A stretch of DNA of 64,000 nucleotides from positions 22,010,001 through 22,074,000 of the forward strand of contig NW_026889779.1 of assembly GCF_033153115.1 (NCBI RefSeq), read 5' to 3'. The translations under genes were made by a program, and so were the position numbers. Shown here piece after piece: positions 1-14,514 of the stretch. Numbering within the stretch: the first letter of the stretch is position 1; every line of letters begins with the position of its first letter. The stretch comes from Saccostrea echinata (Eukaryota). Below the pieces are notes generated by a model. That model saw only the letters and a list, made by a program, of their open reading frames with translations, did not search any database and was not told the origin of the DNA.

Positions 1-1490
1 TATTTCCAGAATGGTCCTCCTTCATACCATATTCTTTCATCATTTATCAATTGCATATAATCAACTCATATTCAAGCCAATTCCATAATTTTTTTAAAAT
101 TACAACATTTTAGGGCACAAGAAAGCCCAAAACGTACCTTCTTCCTCGTCACAACGTACTTTAAGAAATACAATTATAGTCCTAGAAATCCCCCTAGTTT
201 TCTACCCGTGGATTGAACAGAAGTTCTGATTTCGTGTACCCGGTAATTATGACCCCGTGGAAAACAGTATGTTTACAGTAACAAGAAAACTTGTAAGGTA
301 TATATTAAAGTATCTCTTTTTTATGTACAATGTTTCCAACTTTAATGACTGCAATTTCTGTCGTTATGTTTTAAATTGTTCAATGTTTTAAATTCAACAG
401 TTTCATTAAGTGTTTATAAAATGTCTTTATGGCTAGTGTATACGTCAGTCAAAGGTTTCACAGCATCGTATTTTTATACTTCGATGCATACTATGTAGCA
501 CAGCTATCAATACTTCTATATTATCAACGGAGTGGATTTATTTGTGCTTAAGTACATGTAAATCGTTCGAGAACTATATTTGGCTTTGAATATTATCAGT
601 TCAGATTTTTTTTATCTTTGAGTTTTTCAGCTCATGAGTACAGTAAATGCGAACAAATATACATGTAAAAGTAGGTTAAAAGGAGAATGGCCCGACGATT
701 GAATAATGAAATGACATTCGGACAGAAGAGTGAAACCGAGATGGTATTCTCATCTCAAAGTTGAGAAACCGTTTTTTCCTCAGACACAGTCAATAATATA
801 ATTATCCTCAACAAAAACTGTTGACATAGTACATGTACAAAGTAATTTTAAATGCTTCACTACCGCGAGAATTATTTATTAATTACTCTCTGTGTTGTTT
901 TTGTGATGAAACTGGGCTTTTTTGTAAAATTATAATGAAAGTATAGTTAATTGGACTCGATCGCATACCATGCGTTCAATGTATTTTGTTGTTTTAAGAT
1001 TGTTCAAATGCAGAGAACACACATATCAAAGTAAGTATCTTACGGAGGACCTTCTTATCATTCTTGAGTTTCTTTTCCACAATTTTATTAATAATGTTTT
1101 TTTTCTTTACCGATTTTGTGCACGCGAATTCTCTGAAACAGCTTGCTCGAAACTTTCAGGTCTGGAGAACATCAAAAAATCTAAACTATATTTTTATTTT
1201 GATTTTGTAATTTAGTGGTTTTTGGAGAGCTAGTTTGTCCAAGCCTTTTTAAAAACCAAAACATGGAAACGTGAAGTTTTCAGCGATTATAAAGCAAGTT
1301 ATGTTGATATGAATAACGTAGTTCTTCTCCACTGGAAATGCCAAACGTTGACAACGTTGACGCTCGCTATGCCCCGAAAATAGGTGTATTGAGAATTTTC
1401 ATTTTTTTAACGCATTCTATACAATACAATATTACTTAGATATGTTTTATGAAAACACGTGGAATTGACTGATTGTATGTAATTTTACGA

Positions 1491-1692
1491 GTCTTTCGGA
1501 TGACACCTTAAAAATCGAGGTCCCGTGTCACGGTAGGCCTTTGAACAATGAAGATTCCTAACGGTTAAATAGCACAGTATGCCGGTCCCGCGCGAGTATA
1601 GGTCTAAATTTGAAGCCCTTCATTGGTATATGGTGGCGTTTCTATATGAGTGAAAAATTCTTGAATTGGACGTAAAACAACATACAATCAAT
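1491..1692 (+). mobile_element. Headless copy of the same SINE family (another tail fragment at 10610-10693)
   Basis: Shares GAGGTCCCGTGTC...TCTATATGAGTGAAAAATTC...ACGTAAAACAACATACAATCAAT with the full copies. Confidence 0.8.
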
Positions 1693-2071
1693 AAATCTAT
1701 AATTAACAATATTATTCTATTCGAAGCTAAAAATATTATTTACTGAGGATAAAGAGATTCACAAAAGGGTACTAGTTTATGTTTATCTAAATGAAAATGC
1801 GTCTAACGAATCACTGACCATACTGCATCAGATTGACAGATTATCAATATTATTGGGAGATTTTAGTAAAATAAGTGTTACTGAGGAGAATCGATAGCAA
1901 AAACGTATATTTAATATATCAAGGTCTCTTTAGCCTAGTTCAATAATCATGCGTATACTGCGTTTATTCTTGGGATGATCCTACAAATTTACATATAGCA
2001 TGCCTTTTGTATTTATACTATGTGACACAAATTAACTGCAAAAAAATTATTCTCATATTTTAAACAGGAGA

Positions 2072-5000
2072 ATGTTACCAGAAAATGTAGAGCGTGGTCT
2101 CACATTCATTGTTGGGTGTGTAGGATTAGCTGTTTCCGGTCATTATCAATCCTTTGGAGCTTACAGTAACGCTATCAAGGCTCAGTTCAACTACACACAG
2201 ACTCAAGGTAAATTATCTTTCTATTTCTTAACAATATATTGATTGTACTCAAGGTATTGTTATCGCAAAACTAGTCAGTGTGAATCGAAGATGGAAATTT
2301 GTATCGGTTAACCGGTTACTCGGTCGGAACGATGGTAATCGGTTAGAAATTCTGTTATCAGTTAGTTGTCGGAAAAAATTTAAAAAAAAAATGTATGTAA
2401 ATTTGAACACAATTTCCTTAAAAATCAATAACAAAAATACAAATGAATATTTCTGAATGTACGCATTTTCACCTTTCGATCTAAACCAATTCAGAGATAA
2501 TTAAACCTCTCCTGATTAACTTTGTGTAATTGGTCAGTTTATGAGATGTTAATTGCTGTGTAAACCCTGCCTTGTGTTTCTTAAATGATTTAATAAAATG
2601 ATCGTTGAGTACCACAAACTGATTATAATGTGTATATCATTTCATCTATCCTTTGCAGTTACCTATCAGATTATATTATTAAACAAACATTGTAAATTAA
2701 GAGGTAGTTAAGACTTATTTCTGGTAATAGTGACAATGCAGAATGAACTTGAGTGACATCTAGTGAAAAAATTTTTAATGTGTCTGATCTTTTAGGCAAG
2801 TTTCATGGTTTTCTTAAATTTATTTTTCCATAATAAATATTGCTCTGATAAAACACATAATTTTCCTAACACCTTTACGTTTTGCGATTTGAAAAGCACT
2901 TACATCATAATGTTGATACGATTAACCGATTAAGCGGTCGGAACGTTAACCGATTGGTTATTCCGTATTTGATTGCTATCCCTAGTTTATAGTAATGAAT
3001 GGTGTTTAAAAATGGATTAAGAAACATTGATACAATGAGGATTCTTTTCTCGAATTAAAAAAAAATGTTTCAAAGAATGATAGACAAATATAAATATTCA
3101 TCTCAATTAAGTGTCCATCGTTAGTTGATCTTTAGTATATATGCGTTTATTATATTTTCAGATATTTCACGAAGTAATAATCTGTAATCACAACTTATAT
3201 TTTTATTTAAGAATAAGAATGTTCATAGTACAAAGTCAAATAAAAAACAGTGCTGTTTAGATTGTATTGTATTTATATCTAAAACCGCATGGTTTTCCCC
3301 CAAATATTTCAATGTTTAAATCATGTATACTCAAATAGTAGTTATTAACTTTTAAATAGACATACCTATTTAAGACCTGAATTATTTATGTGTGTAAAAT
3401 CAAAACTTCACCGGCAACATAATCTGTTGCTTTCTTCGATTATATATTTTTTATTTGATGAAATGTGCATAGTTATAAACATAAAATAAAGATACTTTTT
3501 TATTTCCAGTGGAATTTCTTGAAGGTTTTTCAATTTTGGGAATAAATCTCGACCTTCCAGTAGGAATTTTGTATGAAGCATTTGGCGTCAAGTGGATAGC
3601 CTTTGGAGGTTTTCTTTTTGGGACCATTGGATTTATTTTGTTATACAAAACTACGCAAATGCGACCTTTCTACTATACACACTTCTGGTTGCAATGTGTT
3701 TATTATTTCATGACAGGTTTGTTGATAATTCATTAACTGTAAGAAAAGTGAGGATTTTATATCATATTATGATATACAATCTTTATTAAAAATCACAGAT
3801 GTCAAAAACTAAATACTATGATACATGTAATTCCTATTGACTCTTCTTTTACTGACTTGTCGTCTAGAAATTTTCCTTTTCCCTAAACATTTCTATGTCT
3901 TATGTCTTTTAAAAAGGGAAACAGGTTCCCGTGTTAAAATGTGTGTATAGATGCATGCTTATGTGTAAAGGCAAATATCCGATAAACTGGATACCACTTT
4001 CATGGCTGTTACACTCAAAGTCAAATACCTTTCTTCCATCCTAAAGATAACTTTTTTTCAAAAAAAAAAATTCTCCGTTATTTTCTATTTTCAATACAAG
4101 AGGAAATGTGCACACGATAGCCATTAAAATTTATTTTCTTGATTTAGGTTTGAGTGGCTCGTTCATGAGCTTGTCCTGTTTGATCCCAAATATGATCAAC
4201 TATCATCCAAAGCACAGAGGGAAAATAGTCGGCATTCTTTGCGCATGTATAAGTTTTGGACCGGTTATATTTGTTGGAGTTTATGGATCAATATTTGCTA
4301 GGGGTCACATAAAAGATGAGGAAAAGCAGGATCTTTGTGGCTTCTATCTGATGTCGGCAGTTACATTTGGAGTTGCTGGGTGCCTAGGAATTTTATTTTT
4401 GAAGCAGTTAAAGATAAAAATGGATGACGATACGAACGATCTTCTCGACTCAGAGGCACTACTGTCGCCAAGTATTTTCAAACAGCAAAACGATGTCACG
4501 GGACAGAAATTAATTCGTAGACGTGATTTCCATTACGTTTTCTGGGCATTTATATTTTCTACCAGTCTTCTACTTACTTTTCAAAACAACACAGGAACAT
4601 ACCTGAAATCTTTTGGATTAGAAAGCTATATCACCATTTCTGCAACCTTAGTTCCCATTGCTGGTGTCTTCTCCAAATTGTTCGCAGGGGTTTTGTCAGA
4701 TTTCATTTTGCTCAAAGTTCCAAGATCTGGTATTCTCTTCATAATCACCGTCATCCAAACAATATGTCTAATCTTGTCAATATTTCTGTTAGACAAACTC
4801 ATCTTCTTTATTATAGCTGTAATATTTTTTGGATCATCCAATGGTATCTATTTCTCTATAACACCAACAATGGTCAGCGAGTTCTATGGTATGAAATACT
4901 TTGGAAGGAATTATGGTTTCGTGTTACTTGGACAAGCTTTTTGTCATCTTTTTATGCAACAAATATTTGGTACTTTATACGATTTAAATACCGACTCTAG

Positions 5001-5341
5001 AAACAATTGCTTTGGATTACATTGTTTTATGTGGAGCTTTATAATCTTCACAGTACTTAGCTCTTGTGCAACTGTCTTGATTTTTTGTCTACTCAAAAAA
5101 GAATTGAATGACAGGAAGAAAATCCAGTGGAAAATAGGTATGTGGAAACAATTGCAACAGTTTTTTTGAAATGTTAACTGTTTATTAGGTAACGGGGGTA
5201 AATCATGCAAGTGTTTTATTTTAAATCTGAAGAAAACGTATTTTAGACAAATTGTCTTTCATGCTTGATTCAGCGAAGTAAAAGATAAACTAAACCATTT
5301 AATCTTTTGAATTTTTTTCCCTCACAGATGAACAAAGCTAA
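2072..5341 (+). CDS. Major facilitator superfamily transporter, Nodulin-like/MCH1/NFD4-type; 4 coding exons, ~448 aa
   Basis: Exons 2072-2207 (MLPENVERGLTFIVG...AQFNYTQTQ), 3510-3716, 4148-5137 and 5328-5341 are joined by GT-AG introns, all phase 1, with the frame preserved. Many hydrophobic segments, plus family-type motifs 'FGAYSNAIKAQFNYTQ', 'HRGKIVG', 'GVLSD' and 'EFYGMKYFGRNYG'. The last micro-exon is less certain; read-through would stop at 5169. Confidence 0.88.
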
Positions 5342-7219
5342 GGAACCATGAGGAAGAAAAACAGTTTAACTTTTGTAAAGGTCGATAAAAACCGTTGAAC
5401 ATTTAAAGAATATATTAAAATATGGAATGTTTTCTCCTAATCCCAAAATAACCACATGCTTTAAAATAATTTTGCAGAAATCAATAAACCTTACAAGCCT
5501 AAGGGCAATTGCAAAGGAATTTCTTCGCATTATACTTCCTTGAATTACAAAAGGACCAGAAAATACTGGTTCAGTTTTGATAATTGATACCAACTTAAGA
5601 TGTAGAGTGTACTTTTCCTTACAATTTACAAAAATAACGCTGGCTTAAAGTGTGTGAAAATTTTGCAATGAAACTGAACACTTTTACTTAAAGGGGTAAA
5701 GTGTCAAAGAGTCTTCACAGAAACGTTGTACACATTACACATAAAACGTCAGTGTAAGTGACAGCCGCTATCAGCCATCGTAGAAAAAAGTACGTTCTTT
5801 TGATATCTTGGCAAAGGTTTTGTTTATTTCTAGCATTTGAAATTGATCCCATGGCTCTTGTGTTTATTCAAAGTTTGGCTAGAGGTTCTTGTTGACGGAA
5901 CCTCCTGGGAACACAATGCTCCTGAATGCTCCTGATAAACATCATCAGAGATTTAAACACGTTTGCTTTCCCTTTCTTTTTAAGAGGCATATGATGGCAC
6001 GCATATAATAACACAATTCACCATAAAAATATAATAACGAAAATAAAGTTATAGAAGGAAAAAATTATTTTGAACCTATTTACAGGGAACGTATATCGGA
6101 TATACTTACATTGTCCTAAACAAAAATTTAAAAACTAGAGCTCACAATAGTTAACAATAGTTAAATATCAAATGTTTTACTACACTTGATCAAAGTTTTT
6201 AATTTAGAAAAATAAATTATTTTACTTTGAATTTCAAATTATTATATTTTATTTTTCCTCCAATTACTAGAGTATTACGTGTTTTATTAAAAGGAAATAT
6301 TACTTGTATTTTCAAGTATTTTTACTAAATTTACATCATTGGTATGGAGTTAAATGAAAGATATGGAGATAACGAACAGTATTCAAGTTCAAAAGTCCAT
6401 TAATCAATACAAAATAGGTGCAGAGCAAACACGGACCTCCAAAACATCAGAGGTGGGATCGGGTGCCACGGAGGAGTGAACATCCCCAGCCGACCGGTCA
6501 CACCCGCCGTGTCCTCCTTGTCGGGAAATAACGGATAAATCTACATACTACATACATCTAGATACTACATCAAGGACTCGAAATCTCTAAATTAAAAAAA
6601 AATCAGGGGTATAGTTTCATAATAAATCAAAGTATAAAAATATGTACTGTAGTAAACTAAAGTTATAAAGTAACCTATAGTAAACTAAAGTTGATTATAG
6701 AAAATATGGTATTTCTAAGATTGCACCGATACCCCCACACCCCTTTCAAAGTTTTAAAAATAAAAAAGGAAGGGAAAAAAAGACAAAAAAGGGTTTCTTC
6801 GTATTTTTATGTTGAACTTTACATGTTCGAAATTTACATCTAAGCACCTTACCCTTACTTCGATGGACTCAGTGAAAGGACTTTGTACGACATAACGTAG
6901 AAGATCAAATACGTTGATATTGAAATGTCTGAGATTTTTTTTTTGAAAACAAATTGATAAACTATAGACAAAAACTTATGGTATATCGTTCATAAGTTGT
7001 CTTTTTTATATGAAATTGCTTCGCTGCTTTTAAATTCCACAATTTTATATTTTCATGCAAATTTTGTTATGATAGTCTTGTTGTTCTTAAGATCTTAAGA
7101 TTTTTCCTTTATATTTCTTTACCCAAAATTTCTGTAGCATGGCCCTCTATTAGCTATATCTACAGATCCATCCATTAAAAAACATGTATTTTTTATATTG
7201 TGCACTAAAAAGCGTGCAT

Positions 7220-7546
7220 ACCCTAACAAAAAAGTACTATAGTTTACTATAGTTAACTATAGTTTACTATAGTATCGAAGTTTTTTCATATAGTAAATCA
7301 AAGTATTTTTACTATGGATTTCAGATCGTTATATTTTTTGTTCTTCAACTCATACATGCACATTTTTTATATTAAATTGAAATATTATTTGTATATTCAC
7401 ATATTATTTTAAAATTTTACATTACTGTTATCGAATTTAAGAGATTTTAAGCTTTGAAATCCCCAAAAAGTCCAGAGTAAAGTTTCATAGTATTCAAAGT
7501 ATCAAAGTTTTCACTATAGTTAACTATAGTAAATTTTTGTTAGGGT
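7220..7546. mobile_element. MITE with ACTATAGT subterminal repeats
   Basis: ACCCTAACAAAAA / TTTTTGTTAGGGT termini. Repeated ACTATAGT; related motifs at about 6610-6700. Confidence 0.65.
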
Positions 7547-8715
7547 GGAAAGAGAGTTGTAAGTTAATTATGTGGATACCGCTCGGACCGTGCGCACGTT
7601 TTTGTGCGCAATAAATATACACTTTTTGCAGACCGGTGATCTTCACACTAAACCATTTGAAGAAACTTGCATACAAGTTTTATGCATGAATCCTTGATGT
7701 AGTTGTAAACATATTCAAAAGGCTCTACTTTATATTTTAATTGAGGAAACTAGTAACTCAATTTAACAAGGGAAAGGTCAAATGACAATTTCGGATGAAA
7801 ATAAATTATCTTTTTAATGCTCAAGCCAATTATTTAATTAAAGATATTCCTATTTAATATAATATTCAACATATTAAGCATAAATATGAAAATCTTAAAA
7901 GATCACCGAGAAGTCTGAACAGAACTTTTCAAAACTTTGTGTAGACTTTTCAACTAATATTTCCAGCATGTAGACCGTATTACCTTATACGGCTTTTTAT
8001 ATAACTTATATCATATTAGCCCCCTTCTACTTGAATAGATTTTTTTTAGTAATTTCACTAATCTATTATCTCCCCTACAAGAGGTCACATTCCTATTTTG
8101 GAACAAATTTCAATTACAGCGGAAATTTGGTAAAGTTTTCAGGTAATTTAGTCTATAACGTTTGAAGAAGGAGGTTAAAAGCCAGACAATCCACAAAAAT
8201 GTAATACATGTATCATGAGAACAATGTATTTTATTTTCTTTATTTTTATTAAACACAATCTATTTCCTCCACCACAGACTTTAAAATCACTTTATCCTTT
8301 CATTTCCAAGCATTCTAGAAAACCTTTTTTGCAAAAGCTGAAAAAGAAAATAAAAATAAAAGAAACCTTAAGTCAAATCATACAGGTATCATATTTTATA
8401 TTTTTCACTGCCAATCAAAAGTCGCTACGAATTAACAGAATACTTGAAATACAAAATCGTGTGCGGAAAAAAATATCTAAAGAATATTTCATACCATTTT
8501 TTGCCATCGAATAGCATGAAAGCCCCTTCCGCTAAAATGTATTTATCCAGTGGACATTCTCCAGTGACTGTTGACCTGTTGTTCTGTTTACGATGGCTAC
8601 GAACAACTGCTGAAAAAACAAAGGCGAAATCTTAAGTAAACACGAGAAGAGTACGCTGATCATTGGAACAGAGAAAAGAAAATATGAACGATGTTTCCGG
8701 GACATATGATAAATG

Positions 8716-11700
8716 TCAGGTGTTGAGGAATTTCGATTTTTTACCATTTTCTTTTTCCGGAACACAGTATCCCCTGTTCTGGATTCGTTTCTTCTTGTTA
8801 CCCTTTATTACTACATGACACGTGTATCCATGGGGACACATCAATGGATCCTCATTCTTTCCAAATGGTGATGTTGTACAGGTTTGAACTTCAAAATAAA
8901 GTGGTTTTTTTATATTCATAATGCAAAAATGTTTCCATGGCATCTTTTAAATTCCTTCACCGTTTATTTCATCCATCTACGAGGGTCGTTCAATAAATAA
9001 TGCAACAAACAGTATATCAAAGTAAATGTAGATATATTTAATTTTATTTTTTCACAGTTGAAACGTTCAATTAAAAAGCTCCTAATCACAGAAACCCCCA
9101 TAATTTATTCTATTGTCCTCGCGAAGAAATTCACTTTCAAAGTATGCATGGTCACTACACTGAGCTGAAAACTGTTTAAAATGATCTCTGCCAAGAAGAT
9201 GAAAATGAGAACGTATGTGAAAACTGTGCTTCTTTATATAAATCGCCGAAGAACTCATATCAAAGATATGATTTTTATATGTAGAAAGAATAGTCTTTAA
9301 CGCTGTATAGTTTTCAGATTGATTCAGAAATTCAAAAGTGAAAAAGGAGAGTTAAAATATAAAAGTCAAACTGGTCGATTGCAATTTGTAGGGACACCAA
9401 AAATTATCGATGAAATGTGCAACAAGATAACTGAAAATGTCAGATTTACACCAAAAGACGTTGATAAAACATAAACCATTTCATCGTCATAACATTTTAT
9501 AATTCTGACAACGGAAATGAATATGATAATATTTCTATCAGATATATGCCTTATTTTCTTAAATTGCCTAACAGAAAAATACGCATTAAATATGCCAAAG
9601 GTCTACTTAAAAACAATATTTTAACAAAATAAAAGATTTGTTAAATTTGCGTGATGGGTGACGAAACATGGGTGCACTTTTTATAGCTACAAGGAAGATC
9701 AATAATAAAATGTGGAATCAAAGAAAAACTATCGTTCTTATTATTGTAAAGAGAAATAAGGTTTTCAAGCATGTTTAATTAGTTTTCATTTTTTCCAAGA
9801 GGTCCAGTAAAACATGTAGATACACCCAAAGGAAGGACCATCAATGGTAACTTTTATGTTAAAATTGCACTGAGGAAACGTAAACAGATTTCCTGCAAAG
9901 GAAGTCCAAATACCACCCCAGGGTAATTTTCTTGACATAGCAACGCTGCTGCAAATAAGCACAGAAAAATAAATGAAATTCTGAAGAAAAGAAAGTTTAC
10001 AGAGCTTTGCCATCCCCTATATTCGCTAGATCTCAGCCATTGTGAGATCTTTTTATTCTAAAAATGCATGAAAACAATCAAAGGAAGATTGTACATTATT
10101 AGATATGTCATGGAAAGTGATATTCATCACTGTCTTTGGGGCATCCCTAAAGATGGATATGCTGAGGCTTTCTGGTCATGGGTACAAAGACTTGAGACAT
10201 GTGTAAAGGCTTACAGGGAATGCTATGAGTGATTGAAAATGATTAGGATATGTATAACGCACTATTCTTACTCTTAGATGACCTATTGAATTATTTATTG
10301 AACGACTATCGAACATATTCGAGGATTGATCAGAAATAATCTTAATACAAAGACGCCATGAGCAAACTTTTATGTACCAATATCCCTGTCTTTTTCACTT
10401 AAGCCCAAAAAATTCATTCAGATATGCTGCAGGACATAAGAATGACTGACGTCTTTATGACGTCAGTTGTCAGCACTCATTTTTAGTTATTTCAAAAATC
10501 TATTAAATCTCCCACACGCATTTTTATGAACATCGCCAAAGTGCGTTCATTGCGCTGTGCGTACATGTAGATTTCATGTGTCATCGGATTCAAGAGTAAA
10601 CACAGGCTGATCATCCACTTACTTTCTTGATACGGTGACGTCTCTATGAGTGAAAAATTCTCGAATAGGACGTTAAAACAACATACAATCAATCGACTTC
10701 TTTTTAAAATGTTATTTTATGTATTTTTTTTTATCTCTGTAAAGTTTTCATCCCTTCTTTGTAGTCATAAAATAGTCATTTCTTGACTTTATGTCGAGAC
10801 ATCATATTTTTCAACATTTTAAAAGTCTTTTTCAACATTTTAAAAGTTTGTGCACGATCAGTCACTTACTTTTTAATCGGGCGATGTACGCGAATAATGA
10901 ATTTAGAAATGAAAATTGGAAAGTTAAATTAATTTTAATAAACCAACTTAAAGCGTGGTGATTTATATATTTATATGCAAAACTAAAATTAATGATTTTT
11001 TAATGGTAACAAACTGGAATGAGGTATTAGTATGTAAAATTTTGATAATCTTCCTATTATCTTATTTTCTAGCACTACATCCTCACAACGTCAGGGGTTC
11101 TGTGTCAACTCGTCTACTTCAATTTGATTGGTGCTTCTAAATGAGGGAAGCTTGCCCAAAAAAAGAAACAAATGAAATTTGTCAGGGGTCCCACGGAAAC
11201 GAGTCAACTTGACACAGAACCCCTGACGTTGTGAGATTGATGGCACTAGTGACATTATTTTTGTATCAACCCTTTAATATTGGAATTTATTACATTTTCA
11301 ACAGTGAAATACTGTGATTTATTTATTGAATAAAAGTGATATTCTCTCACAGTGTGAAAGGATACCAAAATGATATTCTCTCACAGTGTGAAAGGATATC
11401 AAAGTAAGTAAAAAATAATTTCAGACCTGTCATAAGATAGAGATAGTAACTGAACATCTTGATAGAGCTAAAACTGCAATTTTCTTCCAAAATATGTTGC
11501 TAAAATCCATGCTATGTAATGTTTTCAATCTCACAACTGCTAAACTATGACGTCTCAACCGCTTAACTATGACGTCAAGCCTATCTATGACACTGTGTTA
11601 AGAAAAGACAGAGGCAAAGGAAAGAAAATGTAATAAACAGAAAATTCAATGTTTTGTAGATGAATATGGAATTTATTTCACGAGTGGGACAGGATTTTTT

Positions 11701-14514
11701 GATATTTTCACGAGTGCGAATGCATAGAGCTCACGGCGGGTGTGACTGGTGGACAGGGGATGCTTACTCCTCCTAGGCTCCTGATCCCACCTGAAATTTA
11801 CAGGGTCTGTGTGTAAGATTTGTATTGCTTGAAGGTTTTTTTGTGATCAATCACTGTTCGTTATCTTCACCTTTTTTATTAAACCAAAGTAGGTCAAAAC
11901 ACATATACCAATCCATGCATCATTTTCTTTTCTTTGTATCATCTGTTCTTGCGAGAAAAAAGTGGAAAATAGAGAATTCCATCTATGTACAAGTACACTT
12001 AAGTTCAAATCAGAAAAAAAAAACGTTGCACAACTCGTCTTTCTGTACACCTAAAAATAACATTGTATGCATTGTTTGTTGTCGCTGTGTGAGTATATCT
12101 ATCAATAGTAAATAAATACTCAATCTTAATAATGAACAATGAGTGTTTGTCATCTCAGCTGCTGAGTGTTGGGTGATTGGGACTCAAACAATAAATATCT
12201 TATTTTACGGGCTCTGGTAGTAATGTGTGATTTTCTTTCAAATGTGGCACTCAAAACAAATTAGCGTGTCGATTGCGAGTCGCACAAAAATTTGCTTAGA
12301 AAGTTAGTTTGAATTAGAGGGTAAAACTGGCCATGTGTTGTGTATGGTGCCTTAACTGTTATGAAAATTCTTCTCCCAAATGTAATTCAGTTTACTAAAA
12401 ACTTAACTATTATAAATTAATAACTTTCGTTAAATCAGACAGTATTTGTTTCAGTTGTGCTTATAAAAATTTTCCAAGTTCGCTGATGGGATGTCCCAAA
12501 TTGTGCTACAATATATTCACATGAAGTTCTCAAATTTCAGAAGACACTTAACAAATCACGGTAATTTTTCTATAGCCTTAAGTATAACTATATAATGAAT
12601 TAAAATCAAAGATTTTTCAAACTCCTGAAAATAAAATAATTGAGGGTAGATACGGGAAGTATTCGCCAACAGTGCATAAATAATTAAAAAAAAAAAAATA
12701 AGACGTATTATCAAGGATCAACTCGATACAAGAGTCGTCATAACAGTTTTGCATTCTCACGTTCGTTTCTATTGGAGGGCCCATTGATAAGCCAGGATAC
12801 ACCTGAAATGATAAGAATATAAAATTTCAATGGAGAATAATTTGAAATTTTTTAAATACGTCAGTTAATCTACTTTTATTTCATTTTGAATGGAAGGAAA
12901 TACATATACGAGGGTTGTCCCAGAAATACGCGAACATTTTCAATATCTTTTGTTTCTCTAATACTATAAAGTTAAAATTGACAAACATCATAATCAACAT
13001 TTTTTGAATAATGCATAAAAATTTCAATGAAATATCTCTGTAAATAACGTTTATCTCTCAGGTAAACGAATCTAACAAATCAGTTGGCGGCGCAACACTG
13101 ACGACGTCTAAACGTAGCTTGTGGCGTTTGTGAATTTGTTCTGGAAATGTGCTTCTGAGAAAATTCGTTTAAGCAGAAATTCGGCACTGTATTTAATTTT
13201 CTTTTATTTACCAAGTTATACATCTCAAATACTAGTGTTGCCAAAAGATTGCGGAATGAATTCTTTTAAATAGACAATTTCTTAGTCCCGATCATAAACC
13301 TAACAGTTCGTATTGTTTAACGGCGGCCTGCACTTAGGCCTATGATGTCCAGCTCCTGACTTTCAGTTTGTTTTTATTTTTGTTGGTCTACAAAACGCCT
13401 CTTCTATAACCAGTCAAGCCATCCTCAAACCTCTTCAACAACAGATAAACCTGTGTCCAAGATTTATGTTTCTGTTTTCCCCATCGTTAACATCTCTTTT
13501 ATCGAATGGATAGGAGTCATATCCCACTCAACACAGTACTGCTTAATAATTTGGTACTCCACATTATCGACAAACTTCACCATTTTTGACAATATCTAAT
13601 TAAAAGTGTTTTGGCATATAACGTCATATATTTGTCATTAATGATATCAAATTAATGAATTTTTATACACGAGTACACCAGATGAAAGAGTATTTATGGA
13701 GGTAAATTTTGTGACATTATATGTCCGTAGAGCCTAGTAATAAAGAAAACTTCATTGACAATGCTACTTCTCAAAGTCAAAAAATTGCCGTGCGCCGACC
13801 ACCGATATTTAACACCCTTTAAATGTTGTTTTTATATACTCATGTCATCACAAGCCTATAATATTTTGTCAAAATATCGAAAATATCATTTTTCAACAAC
13901 CTGAAAAAATTATTAGTTTTGGTCGAATAGTTTCTGAAATATTGAAAAGTTTGCTTTTTTCCTGGGGCAACCCTCTTACTCTCACCAGACACAATTCTGC
14001 TTCTGGGCTCTTTTATCCAGTCAATAACTGTAAAATTTTATGTTAAAGATATTATCACTTCATTCTGTTTCTGAATATGACGAACAACAGCTGGTATTAT
14101 GTACATGTATACAACTGGAACTTTGTGTTATTTTACATCAAATAATTTTGAAAAAAAAAAATTGCGACAACGATTTCTGAGATTTGAAAATCAAAACAAG
14201 CATCCTAAAATGGATATAAAATTTAAACTGACATTAGAAAAATAATCATACCAAGGAACTGCATGGCATACATGTATAAAATTAATGTGAATGTACGTAC
14301 AAGGCGGTGGATCAGGTTGTCTCATGCACGTTTTAACACATCCATTAAAACAGCACCGTTGGTTTTTCTTCCGGCAGTCAGTGTGACTTGAGCATGTTTT
14401 CTTTTTACAAAAACCTGTCAGCACTATATCTGGTACTGGTCCGCATTCGCTGTCGTCATCACTCAAAGCGAGGTTCTGAGGTTCGTCCTTGTTATAGTCA
14501 TAATCATCATAATT
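8716..14514 (-). CDS. WFDC1: WAP four-disulfide core domain protein 1 (ps20)-like; N-terminal exon(s) unresolved
   Basis: Exons 14514-14301, 14027-13986, 12802-12761 and 8888-8716 splice in frame. The product is a WAP domain (CGPVP..FCKKKTCSSHTDC..RCCFNGCVKTC) followed by PPPFIDWIKEPRSRIVSGVSWLINGP..LQTCTTS..DPLMCPHGYTCH..G..IQNRGYCV. This matches the WFDC1-specific tail (PPPVLDW..WLLDGP..CSTT..PLLCPSGYECH..IPNRGQCV). A candidate upstream exon at 16643-16559 ends in a compatible phase 0. Confidence 0.88.
8980..10311 (+). mobile_element. Degenerate mariner (Tc1/mariner) transposon
   Basis: TA|CGAGGGTCGTTCAATAAATAAT ... ATTATTTATTGAACGACTATCG TIRs, 1.33 kb long. GDETWVH remnant near 9657 and YSLDLS (YSPDLAP-like) near 10020. 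No intact ORF. Confidence 0.85.
11070..11248. mobile_element. MITE with TAG...CTA termini (Academ-like)
   Basis: Inverted arms CTCACAACGTCAGGGGTTCTGTGTCAA / TTGACACAGAACCCCTGACGTTGTGAG. Confidence 0.7.
12909..13976. mobile_element. Non-autonomous mariner-type element
   Basis: TA|CGAGGGTTGTCCCAGAAA ... TTTCCTGGGGCAACCCTCT|TA TIRs with TA flanks. Confidence 0.8.

Noticed and set aside
4626-5210. Short ORFs overlapping the MFS exon (likewise those antisense to the DIRS and LINE ORFs)
   Set aside because: Shadow ORFs of real coding sequence with no independent support.
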